Virus record (IMG/VR): IMGVR_UViG_3300030330_006510
Coordinates: 1-39,167 of that record
Length of the DNA: 39,167 nt
Origin: a virus
Taxonomy: Duplodnaviria; Caudoviricetes
Direction: 5' to 3' (one strand)
Shown here: piece by piece, positions 26,689-36,270 of the stretch
Layout of the letters: the number at the start of each line of letters is the position of its first letter
Position numbering within the stretch: position 1 is the first letter of the stretch
Position numbers and translations under genes: made by a program
The notes under the pieces: generated by a model
What the model saw: the letters and a program-made list of their open reading frames with translations, nothing else
What the model was told of the DNA's origin: nothing
Databases searched by the model: none

Positions 26689-29600
26689 TGATTGATAATA
26701 GATTTCCAGCACCAGCTTTTATAAATCCACCCGTAAGTTTTTTAGGTGCTACAAATAGATATTTATCTGCTGTTGCACCAACTGCTATTATAAAGTCTTT
26801 TACTTTATATAACAATAATGATGTTAGTCCCGTGTTAAAATCAAATATGGAGTTTTACAATATATCAACAGATTTTTCCATACCAGAGAATAATTGGTAT
26901 CTAAACCCTGATGTTCTGCCGCAGTTAAGAGTACGTACTATTATTTCTTTAAGTGCAAAAACAAGTAATATTTTAGATTTTTTAGTCCAGAGATTTAACG
27001 AGTTTCAAGCAAGAAGAATGAAAATATTTGGCAATGAAAATGCTCCTGTTCTACTTGAATCGTTAACTTTAGCCGTAGAACAAGCTTTAGCAAGAGGGGG
27101 AGAATCTGATGCAATTTTTCAATTAGAGTTGTTTGATGCTATTCTTTCTTCTGATGGTCCCTTTAATGGAGTTGAATTAACTAGAAAAATAAAAAATTCA
27201 ACTATTCCATATCTTGATTATAGTAGCCTTGAAGATAATATTATTAATGATGTTATAGTTCATGATACTCCTTTGGAAAATTTTATTCTATTCGATAAAG
27301 AAAATAATGTAATTACTAAGCCATTAGATAGTGTTCCTAGTCAAGCTGGGGCATTACCAAACAGAGATGCCTACAATGCAGAAATTGTTTCCTCTAAAGG
27401 TTTTCAAATTAAATTGTCTGAAATCGGTATAGAAAGCTTTACTAATCAAAATATTTCTGTTTATTCTTTTTGTTATTATGATTATGAGGCTTTCCTAGAA
27501 AGATATGACTCAATATTATCTTTACCGATTACATCAGACACTTCTGTAATTCAAACTGGAATAGGTTTCATAGATTCAAAAACTTTTTTTGGTGACAAAG
27601 TAGAGTATGAAAACCAAGCTGGAGATATTCTTGTAGGACCAACAATAGCAAGAATTTTAGAAGATCCAGATTCCACAATATTTTCAGATGTTAGGGATGA
27701 TCAATATATAACTCCTGAAAATTTAAGAAATAAATTGCAAGACACTTTTTATTCTACTATGGTTGGTGCTATCGGTATAGAAAAAACAATATCACAAATA
27801 ATGCAATCTGAAAACTATTTTTCTGATTTATGGATATGCAAAGATCAGTCCGAGAATACAAGATACTCTTTTGCTTTTGACATAGCTGCATTTTTAGCGG
27901 AGAATAGTCCCTTTCCTTTTTTGTATGTTAGTCAAGGAACGGCTAGTGAGTTATTGAATGGTGGCACATTTATTGAATTTGGAGAAGCGTCAAAAATTGT
28001 ATCATTAAGGTTTAAAAAACGAAGAATAGAAAAAAACTCTTTTGTTTCAACTAACGATCTTTCAGTTGAGACATCAAAGAGATTTAAGGATGATCGTTTG
28101 GGATTTGAAAAATATATTGGAGAGCCTATAGAAATAAGAAATTTATTTCTTGCCGAGGGACAAACAAATAACATTAAATTATATGAAGGTTTATATCTTA
28201 ATGGGGAGGAGAGAAGAACACAAGCTGATGTTGATTGTCAGTATGGTGTTGATGTGCTTGTTCACGACTCGTCGCTAGTGTTTTTAACAAGGGTTCAGAC
28301 AGCATTTAATACAGCGGAACAAAAAATTAGAAACATTTATGAATCTATTATTACATCTCCGCCTGGCGATGGTATTTATAATAAAAACTCAAGATCATTA
28401 ACAACACCTTTATTAAACATACCTTTTGAGTCACTGAATGCACAAGAATTCATAGATAGTGTCATTGATTTTTATGTTTTATCCCTTGATAATTTCGGAG
28501 TTATAAGGTCTGAAACTTTAGAAATTTTTAAAACAAATATAAAAGCTAGAATTTCTACAGGGGATGTGGAAGCTATTAAAAACCTAGCAGATATTATCCG
28601 TACTTTTTCAAATGAACTTAATTCTTTACTTAGGTCTTATTATCCAACAAATACAAAAGTAGATGGCAGTGTGCAAGAGTCCAAAATTGAAACGTCTAGG
28701 ACTAGTAAAAATCTTTTAATAACAAAAGAACATTACTTTAAAGAGACTAGTGATTATGGAAAGCATTATGGTTCTGGTTATTCATACTTAACTAACAATC
28801 AACCAAGTAATATTTCGTCTTTAATTGGTCTTTCTAGGTTATCGAAAAATAGTCATTTAGCAAGAGCATCGACAGAGTTTTCAAAATACTTTAACACTGA
28901 AGGGTCAAGTTCTCCTAATGCATTATCTTTTGGTTATGCCGATTCATCTATTAGTTACTATTCCCCACTTCAGATAAATATTTTCGGCAAAGATGGATTA
29001 AATCAAACTGCTCTGAAAATAGAAAATGAAAATGCAGTTGACTATGATTTTAATAATTATGCAGAGCTTCTTTTGGATATTTTAAATCTTAACAAAAATA
29101 AACTCCCTTTTCATAACTTAAATCATAATGACATTGGTAGTAGTTTAGAGGAATCTTTGATAAAAAAATCAAATAATTTATTTCATATGATTTCTTGTAA
29201 TATTTCCGATCAGGCAAAGTCTCATTTTGAAGAATTAACTTCTAAAAATATAAATGATGACATGACAACAACTGTGGACAGAAAAAATAAACCTAAAGAT
29301 GCCCCAGGAGTGGGCTCAACTTTGCTAGGCGGGGAAAAAGACCAAAGCACAAACAAGTCCGCACAGGCTTCAGCCTCAACTGAAAGTGTGGTCAAAGAAC
29401 TAGAGGATGCCTTAGTTAGGGATAATTTTAGTAATTTAACTAAAGAAGATGAGACTGAACAATTAGCTACAAAAAAGAAAAACTTACCGACAAAGATTGT
29501 GTTTAACATCATTGGAGAATTGCTAGTTAATGGCGGTATTAATGAGACAAACAATGAAAGGTATCAAGACATTAAATTTAACTCTCTTACAATGTTAGCT

Positions 29601-30218
29601 AGCATGCTCGGTGCAAATTCTCAGAACATTGAAGATTTGCTTTCCTCTCCTGAAATTTCTCAAATGCCAAACCAATTAAAATCTATGATTGTTATATCAA
29701 CGATGAACCAAGGGCTATCTCTAGGTAATGGTTTTGATGCTGTACGCCCTAAATTAAAAGATAAGCTAGAAATAACCGGGGATAAATATATCTCTGCTGT
29801 TTTTAATGATCTTGAATATCCTCCTTACGAGAGAACAGGAGATCCAATGAAAACATATGCTAAAATGCTAGCTTTTTGGATGAATTATAAACAATTAGTT
29901 TGTGTAGAATATTTAGCAGGATTTTCATCTGTTAGCCAGAATGCAGTTTCAAGATACTATCTTCAAAAGCAAGGTGATGACGAATATTATTATAAAACCA
30001 AAAGACCAATATGGAAAAAATTTACTCAAACTTTTTATGAAAATAATATTGATAAAAAGTTTTTATGCAGATTAAGACCAATAAGTGACCTAGATTTTTC
30101 TTTTTCTGAGGATTTTATTAATAAATTTAGTTCGAACTCTTTTATAAGCAAAGGTGAAATATTTGATTTACCTATTTACAACAAATATTTTTTGCTGAAT
30201 GGTAACACTGGAGACTAA
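26688..30218 (+). CDS. Large hypothetical structural protein (about 1176 aa)
   Basis: Long ORF. Start revised to ATG 26688 (TAATG overlap, GAGG at 26674-26677). No recognisable domain. Confidence 0.6.
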   Translation: MIDNRFPAPAFINPPVSFLGATNRYLSAVAPTAIIKSFTLYNNNDVSPVLKSNMEFYNISTDFSIPENNWYLNPDVLPQLRVRTIISLSAKTSNILDFLVQRFNEFQARRMKIFGNENAPVLLESLTLAVEQALARGGESDAIFQLELFDAILSSDGPFNGVELTRKIKNSTIPYLDYSSLEDNIINDVIVHDTPLENFILFDKENNVITKPLDSVPSQAGALPNRDAYNAEIVSSKGFQIKLSEIGIESFTNQNISVYSFCYYDYEAFLERYDSILSLPITSDTSVIQTGIGFIDSKTFFGDKVEYENQAGDILVGPTIARILEDPDSTIFSDVRDDQYITPENLRNKLQDTFYSTMVGAIGIEKTISQIMQSENYFSDLWICKDQSENTRYSFAFDIAAFLAENSPFPFLYVSQGTASELLNGGTFIEFGEASKIVSLRFKKRRIEKNSFVSTNDLSVETSKRFKDDRLGFEKYIGEPIEIRNLFLAEGQTNNIKLYEGLYLNGEERRTQADVDCQYGVDVLVHDSSLVFLTRVQTAFNTAEQKIRNIYESIITSPPGDGIYNKNSRSLTTPLLNIPFESLNAQEFIDSVIDFYVLSLDNFGVIRSETLEIFKTNIKARISTGDVEAIKNLADIIRTFSNELNSLLRSYYPTNTKVDGSVQESKIETSRTSKNLLITKEHYFKETSDYGKHYGSGYSYLTNNQPSNISSLIGLSRLSKNSHLARASTEFSKYFNTEGSSSPNALSFGYADSSISYYSPLQINIFGKDGLNQTALKIENENAVDYDFNNYAELLLDILNLNKNKLPFHNLNHNDIGSSLEESLIKKSNNLFHMISCNISDQAKSHFEELTSKNINDDMTTTVDRKNKPKDAPGVGSTLLGGEKDQSTNKSAQASASTESVVKELEDALVRDNFSNLTKEDETEQLATKKKNLPTKIVFNIIGELLVNGGINETNNERYQDIKFNSLTMLASMLGANSQNIEDLLSSPEISQMPNQLKSMIVISTMNQGLSLGNGFDAVRPKLKDKLEITGDKYISAVFNDLEYPPYERTGDPMKTYAKMLAFWMNYKQLVCVEYLAGFSSVSQNAVSRYYLQKQGDDEYYYKTKRPIWKKFTQTFYENNIDKKFLCRLRPISDLDFSFSEDFINKFSSNSFISKGEIFDLPIYNKYFLLNGNTGD

Positions 30219-30219
30219 A

Positions 30220-33200
30220 ATGCCTAAGAACTATGAATTTGGAAACGAGGCTAATGGCGATAATAGAACTCGGCGGGAGAAGGATGGAGCCGGACAAGAA
30301 AACCCCAACCAGGAGCAGGATCCAGAACTGGTGCTTTCCCGATTTATTGAAGGGCTTAAAAACCCAGAGGTTGGTTTATTGCCCTTTGTTGAACAGTACT
30401 TGTTTTTTCTAAGAAATGATGATCCGAACAATCAGGAAGTCGCTTTACTTCAAGATGCAACTGCTTTTTTTGCTAACAATCCTAGGGTTGAATTTGCTGA
30501 TCTTCCGGACGAACTCGTTCGGGCGCTTAGAAAATTTATCAATAAAGCACTAGAGTTCAGAGATGAAGAGAGATTTGAAAGAGATAGAGAAGCCGCCAGA
30601 AGAATAATAAATAGCGGGGGGCGAAATTTTGTTGCTGTCTCCCTTCAGGGCGGCGACCAGAGCGATAGCCGCCTAGGTAGAATAGCTGAACTATCTCGCA
30701 GCGGAATGATTTTGTTTGAGAATACCCCATTAGAGGACCTCACCGATGAACAGCTAGAAAGAGCTATAAATCGCCTGCGTAGACAGAGAGAAGAGGCACG
30801 AGAGCAAAGACGCCAACGACAAAGAGAAGCGAGGCTGTTCCCAGACCCGCCCCCCGGACCAGGGGACAGGAAAAGAATAATAGAAATAAAAAGACCAATT
30901 TCAAATGACTCGTTAGATCCGATTTTAAGATATTATTATTTAAACAATATTCCGACGGAAATCCGCTCGGCAGCCACCGACGACCCAATCCTCGACCGAG
31001 CTAACTTAGGAATAAACTTAGATATTGTACCTCAGATCCTTAAAAAAGTTCAAGCTACTAATTTTGCTAATTCAGTTTTTGTTACCGACAATAGATCTAT
31101 ATCAAGTGATGTTATTGATTGGTCTTTAGGGGGGTACGCTCAGATCGAAAATGGCGACCGAACATATTCGGAAGTTCGTAATGATGAATCTCGACTTTTG
31201 AAATGGAAATCTAGTTTTTTTGAAAGCGAAGCTTTAGACCCTGATGACGAAGAGTTCTATCGTAACGATAATCCAAACCGGGACCGGGAGGCTTCAGAGA
31301 GATTTTTGTTTCAAAGCTCAGAGGGAGGCGATTTCGGACAAGTACAATCATTTAATTTACCAGCTAGAATAACTGAGCTAGCTGAGCAAGCTCTTCCTCG
31401 TCCAGTAAATTATACCGATGGCGTAATCTCAGAAGGGGCGAATATTCGCCAACTTCTTGAGCAATCATTTACTATTCCCGGCACGGGTCAGGTTCCTGAT
31501 CCCATTTCAGCCACCGCACTGCGAAGAATGACTAGAATGGTCGCTATAGTTCGTTCAGCCGACACATTTAACATCGGAGCATTTATACGAGATGTTAATC
31601 GAGATCAGCACAATGGCGACCCAGAAATTAGTCTGCCTTTAAACGGATTTGAGTTTTATGAAATTTTGAGAGATTTTCATCAAGTTGTGTCTAATTCGGT
31701 AAAAGACCAAATGCTAGCTTTTGCAGGACTCCCTGAGGGCGTTGCTAGAGGAATAAGTAAAGGATTTTTTAAATCATTTAGTTTTTATAACTTTAGAGGA
31801 TATACTGGTATAGCTAGAGATTTTTATGGGAACAAAGTAGCTAACTCCGATGGTAACTTTGGTGGGACGGTGTTTGGATATATAACTCCAGAATACAACT
31901 ATTTCAATGAGAAATATGAACTAGCAACAGCAGGTTCTAGTGTACCACATGCTTTATTGCCAAATTTTTACACATATATAATTGCATCAGATTCCGAATT
32001 GCCAGAACAGCCAGATGATGGTTCTGTTGACTTTTTAGGCGGGAAAAGGCAATCCACTGTTAGGGGTCAATCAATACAACAAATAACTTTAGGAGAGTTT
32101 TCAGATAATCTTTTGCCGAGTCTCAATAATGCAGACATATCGGAATATCTGAGTACTTACGCTGAAAAAGTTGGTTCTGGTGTTGTAACATCCTTAGGTT
32201 CACAACTTAACAAACTATACAGGAATGTAGGTGTCCCTGCCGGAGAGATAGATATATTTGATCGTCTTAATGCTAGGTCTGCATTGTTTCCGATGGCGAT
32301 TAAAATTGGTGTACCGACATCTCCAATAGGCCCAATAGGGGCGCTAATTGAACAGACCGGCACAAGCACTTCTCTTATGAACATTTTAGTTGGAACATCA
32401 ACGGTTTCTGAAGAGTTTATATTTAAGTGCAATGCGTATCGAGCACCTGTATCGCAAGAAGATCCTTTTGCAATTGAATTGCCAGAGAATGGAGTGCAGG
32501 TAGCTAATTTAGCTATTAGAAAAAGAACCGCTATATATGATTTTAATACCTGGATAGAGAGTGTACAAGGCGCAAGAGATGATATTGCCGCTATACAAAC
32601 TCGTGGCAATTCCTATAGAGCGGGCGGCGAAAGAATGCCAGATGAGATTATAACTTTATCTGATCAGCAATTTATAGATAATTTAAAAACAGCAGTTCAA
32701 GAAAAAGCAGAAGAAGTGACATTGAGTTACTCTAACCTTCTTCAGTCAGATTACAGATCTACATATTGCCATAGCGAAACATTCATGTATAAATTAAGAA
32801 AATTTACGACTACGACGGCTGGAGAAAATCCAAACTTAGTAGGGGAATTTTATTTTCCGAATACACAACTGTCAAAAATTATAGAATATGTGGACACTCA
32901 GGTTAAGTATGAGCAAACATATCAATATGAATTAGTTGGCTATGAAATTGTTTTCGGATCAGAGTTTAGATTCAGAACTGTGGCTTATCAGCCCGATATC
33001 AATCGCCGCTTAGCCGTCCCGCCCACTGCACAAAACATTGGACCTGTGTTTTATAGGTTTAATGTAGAGACATTGCCAGATATTAAAGTCATAGAATATC
33101 CAATTTTTTCTAAGGAGTGGAACGAACAAAACATCTTAGGCGATGATTTTGGCGGTGGTGTTTCGTATCCAATTACAAGAATTTTAGATCGCCCACCTAT

Positions 33201-33936
33201 TCCCCCTAATGTTTTTATAAGCCCATATAAGGATAATTATAGACAAATTTTAATGAATTTTCAATCCATGAGTGATGATGTTGTTCAAAAATATATATTT
33301 TTGTCGGAGGAAGAGCAAGAAAAGTTTCATAATATTTCTAAAACACAAAAAAGATTAACAAATTTTGCTCTTGAGGCGGGACATGTCAGATTTAAAAATG
33401 AGTCAGTAGAAGAAATTAAAGAAATTCAAATATTTAGGACTCAAAATATGGAACCATCTTTTGATTTAGAACAATCACTTTATAATAATTTTAAAGATAG
33501 GCTTTACAAAACATTGCCCTCCGACCAAGGATTGGATATAGTTGATACACTTATACCTAATCAAAAATACTATTATATGTTTAGGACCGTAGATAGGCAC
33601 GATCAAGTGTCAAATCCCTCAGAAATATATGAGGTGCTTTTATCATACTCTGAGGGAGTATTTATACCAAAAATAAAACTTTTTAATCCAGAGGAAAACT
33701 TAGTCACAAACTCTGTCCCATCTAAAAGAATGGCTCGTTTCATAGAAATAAAATCATCTGATATACAGAGTCTAACTTATAACGAGCGAGATCAAAGCGG
33801 ACAACTCTTGAGATCTAGAAAGGGGCTGATAGAGGATCAAGATAATCGACTTACTGAGTCTAAGTTTTTAGTTAGGTTAGTGTCCAGAGATACAGGAAGA
33901 AAAATAAATATAGTTGTTGATTTTAGAGAAAGATAA
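30220..33936 (+). CDS. Large structural protein with C-terminal fibronectin-III-like beta-sandwich domains
   Basis: YVDTQVKYEQTYQYELVGY and VDTLIPNQKYYYMFRTVDRHDQVSNPS are FN3-like motifs. Start revised to ATG 30220 (GGAG at 30210-30213). Confidence 0.6.
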   Translation: MPKNYEFGNEANGDNRTRREKDGAGQENPNQEQDPELVLSRFIEGLKNPEVGLLPFVEQYLFFLRNDDPNNQEVALLQDATAFFANNPRVEFADLPDELVRALRKFINKALEFRDEERFERDREAARRIINSGGRNFVAVSLQGGDQSDSRLGRIAELSRSGMILFENTPLEDLTDEQLERAINRLRRQREEAREQRRQRQREARLFPDPPPGPGDRKRIIEIKRPISNDSLDPILRYYYLNNIPTEIRSAATDDPILDRANLGINLDIVPQILKKVQATNFANSVFVTDNRSISSDVIDWSLGGYAQIENGDRTYSEVRNDESRLLKWKSSFFESEALDPDDEEFYRNDNPNRDREASERFLFQSSEGGDFGQVQSFNLPARITELAEQALPRPVNYTDGVISEGANIRQLLEQSFTIPGTGQVPDPISATALRRMTRMVAIVRSADTFNIGAFIRDVNRDQHNGDPEISLPLNGFEFYEILRDFHQVVSNSVKDQMLAFAGLPEGVARGISKGFFKSFSFYNFRGYTGIARDFYGNKVANSDGNFGGTVFGYITPEYNYFNEKYELATAGSSVPHALLPNFYTYIIASDSELPEQPDDGSVDFLGGKRQSTVRGQSIQQITLGEFSDNLLPSLNNADISEYLSTYAEKVGSGVVTSLGSQLNKLYRNVGVPAGEIDIFDRLNARSALFPMAIKIGVPTSPIGPIGALIEQTGTSTSLMNILVGTSTVSEEFIFKCNAYRAPVSQEDPFAIELPENGVQVANLAIRKRTAIYDFNTWIESVQGARDDIAAIQTRGNSYRAGGERMPDEIITLSDQQFIDNLKTAVQEKAEEVTLSYSNLLQSDYRSTYCHSETFMYKLRKFTTTTAGENPNLVGEFYFPNTQLSKIIEYVDTQVKYEQTYQYELVGYEIVFGSEFRFRTVAYQPDINRRLAVPPTAQNIGPVFYRFNVETLPDIKVIEYPIFSKEWNEQNILGDDFGGGVSYPITRILDRPPIPPNVFISPYKDNYRQILMNFQSMSDDVVQKYIFLSEEEQEKFHNISKTQKRLTNFALEAGHVRFKNESVEEIKEIQIFRTQNMEPSFDLEQSLYNNFKDRLYKTLPSDQGLDIVDTLIPNQKYYYMFRTVDRHDQVSNPSEIYEVLLSYSEGVFIPKIKLFNPEENLVTNSVPSKRMARFIEIKSSDIQSLTYNERDQSGQLLRSRKGLIEDQDNRLTESKFLVRLVSRDTGRKINIVVDFRER

Positions 33937-33998
33937 AATATGGTTAGAACCCAGAAATCCAATTTTATTCAAAAATACATACAAATTACCATTTGCAG

Positions 33999-34008
33999 AC
34001 TAATTAAG
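33999..34008 (+). promoter_or_regulatory. Candidate late-promoter motif ACTAATTAAG
   Basis: In the largest intergenic gap, upstream of the 345-aa gene. Confidence 0.5.
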
Positions 34009-34044
34009 ATATGTTAAGTCTGTACAATACAGCGGAGATATAAA

Positions 34045-35082
34045 ATGGCATTTTTAGATAACAGCGGCGACATAATTTTAGACGCAGTGTTAACTGACAC
34101 AGGAAGAAAAAGACTAGCGGCAGGTGATGGCAGTTTTAGAATAACAAAATTTGCCCTCGGAGATGATGAAATAGACTATAATTTATACAACCTTAATCAT
34201 CCTAGCGGCTCAGCTTTTTATGATCTTAATATTTTACAAAGCCCTATCTTAGAAGCATTTACAAATAACACATCCGTATTAAAATCTAAACTTGTAAGTT
34301 TCGCAAGAGCAGATTTACTCTACTTGCCAGTTATAAAGTTAAATGATAAAAAGTTTCCAACTATTGATTTGGCTTCAGGTATTACTGATACTGATATTCC
34401 AGGCGGTGGTTATATTATAACAGCAGATCATGGAACATCAAATCTTAACAATAGTTCTTATACCGCCAATTCTCTTTTAACACAAGCAGATGCTGATGGA
34501 GTTATTAGAGGTAGGGCGCCATTTTCTAATGTGTCTAGACCAATAATAGTAGATCAAGGTCTTGACACTCCTGACTTATCTGCTGGGAAGTTAAAAAATG
34601 GAGACCCGCTAAAAGAAACCCAGTATTTGGTTGAGGTTGATTTTCGTTTCGTTCGACTTTCAACGCCTGCTGCCCCTGGTGTCCAAGCCAGTCCCTCTTT
34701 TGTTGATGATGACGATATTGCAACTTATTACTTTTCATTAAATTCTAACTCAGAATATTTTGCAGCCCCAGATGGCAGTGCGCCTAAAGACATACCTGCT
34801 TATCAATTAGATAATAATAATGAAGAAAATGCAGATAAATTAAGTGTTATTGGTGACGCTGCCACAACAGGAAGATATGGAACAAGGTTTGCTATTCAAC
34901 TTTTAGCAAGCGACGATGTTGCAACTAGTAATACTTTATTTTCAAAACTTGGCGGCACAACTAGCAGCGACTATTTAGGAAGCGGCGCTCAATTTAGATT
35001 CATCGATACTGTGGTAAGAGTTACAGGGTTTACAACTGGTTTCCGTGTTGACATACCGCTAAGATTAATCAAGAAAATATAA
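34045..35082 (+). CDS. Baseplate/tail structural protein (345 aa)
   Basis: N-terminal VLTDTGRKRLAAG...ITKFALGDD resembles the first half of the tail-fibre attachment domain (P2 gpH N-terminus / DUF3751-like). GGAG RBS. Confidence 0.65.
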   Translation: MAFLDNSGDIILDAVLTDTGRKRLAAGDGSFRITKFALGDDEIDYNLYNLNHPSGSAFYDLNILQSPILEAFTNNTSVLKSKLVSFARADLLYLPVIKLNDKKFPTIDLASGITDTDIPGGGYIITADHGTSNLNNSSYTANSLLTQADADGVIRGRAPFSNVSRPIIVDQGLDTPDLSAGKLKNGDPLKETQYLVEVDFRFVRLSTPAAPGVQASPSFVDDDDIATYYFSLNSNSEYFAAPDGSAPKDIPAYQLDNNNEENADKLSVIGDAATTGRYGTRFAIQLLASDDVATSNTLFSKLGGTTSSDYLGSGAQFRFIDTVVRVTGFTTGFRVDIPLRLIKKI

Positions 35083-35097
35083 GGTAAGGTATTAAGC

Positions 35098-36258
35098 ATG
35101 GCTACATCTTTTAAATCACTTTTAAACCAAGACATACAGAGTACAAGAACAAAACTTCATGAAGCGATTCCAATTACTGGAACAATTGTATCTGGTACTT
35201 ATAGTGATCTAAACATTAAAAACTATTCCCATGGGATATTTCAATCTGTTTTTGACTATCCTTTTTTAAGCTCTTCGGCCAATCATATCCTTGACATTAC
35301 GCTTGGGTATGCTTCATCGTCAGTGTTTTCTGGGTCTGATAGAACTCAAAATGCACAAAAAATACAGATCTATAACCAAATGGCACAAGTTCTTGTAGGA
35401 CATGATGCTACTGGTAGTATCAGAAACTTTGACGAAGACGGAAACCTTTCGTCTGGTGCTAAGATGAGAGAGTGTTATTTCGTAAACTTTGCCAGACTTT
35501 TAACAAAAGATGAAATTCAAAAAGGAACTTTTAGTTTAACTTTAGGTGTTAATCCAACTGGCAACACTGGCGATAGAATTGATAGAACTATTACAATTAC
35601 AGATGGTAGTGGATCAAACGGATTTAAAACAAACTCACCAGCAGGAGAATATGGAATTCTGTTTGTTACCGGCAATAGTAAGACCGGACATGGATCCAGT
35701 CTAGCCACAGATTTCGGAGCGAACTTTGGCGCTGGTATACCTTGTGGTCTTCTATACTATCAAGCCGGCATTGCTGTTTTAACATCCTCTATATTTAAAG
35801 CTGCCGCCAGTGGTGGACTGCTGAATAACCAAGTTGTTGGTGGTGTGGGAACAGTGTTTGAAGTAGGGACTACTCAAAATGCTGGCAAGATCATATTAAA
35901 CAGCGGATCAAACTTTGGTATGCAAGATATTTTGTTTAGCTCCTCGATATCTGGTGCTTCTGATGGACTTAGAAATAGAATTCAAAACTTGTCGTTTAAT
36001 AACACAACTGAACTAAATTCAACAATTTATATGTGTCGTGCAAACGCTAATGATTTTAATTATTCAAGTAATCCAACTTATGTATCTTCTAGCAAAATAA
36101 GAGTTAAAGATGTTAGGGGTGATCAGCCGATATCTTACATTACAACGGTTGGACTTTTCTCCCCAGACAATGAGCTTTTAGCAGTAGCAAAACTGAGCGA
36201 ACCGCTAAAGAAAACACCAGCGAATGAATTTACTTTAAGAGTTCGGTTAGATTATTAA
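35098..36258 (+). CDS. Baseplate/tail structural protein (386 aa), paralog of 36271..37581
   Basis: C-terminal YITTVGLFSPDNELLAVAKLSEPLKK...FTLRVRLDY; AAGGT RBS. Confidence 0.7.
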   Translation: MATSFKSLLNQDIQSTRTKLHEAIPITGTIVSGTYSDLNIKNYSHGIFQSVFDYPFLSSSANHILDITLGYASSSVFSGSDRTQNAQKIQIYNQMAQVLVGHDATGSIRNFDEDGNLSSGAKMRECYFVNFARLLTKDEIQKGTFSLTLGVNPTGNTGDRIDRTITITDGSGSNGFKTNSPAGEYGILFVTGNSKTGHGSSLATDFGANFGAGIPCGLLYYQAGIAVLTSSIFKAAASGGLLNNQVVGGVGTVFEVGTTQNAGKIILNSGSNFGMQDILFSSSISGASDGLRNRIQNLSFNNTTELNSTIYMCRANANDFNYSSNPTYVSSSKIRVKDVRGDQPISYITTVGLFSPDNELLAVAKLSEPLKKTPANEFTLRVRLDY

Positions 36259-36270
36259 CGGTGGTTTGTG

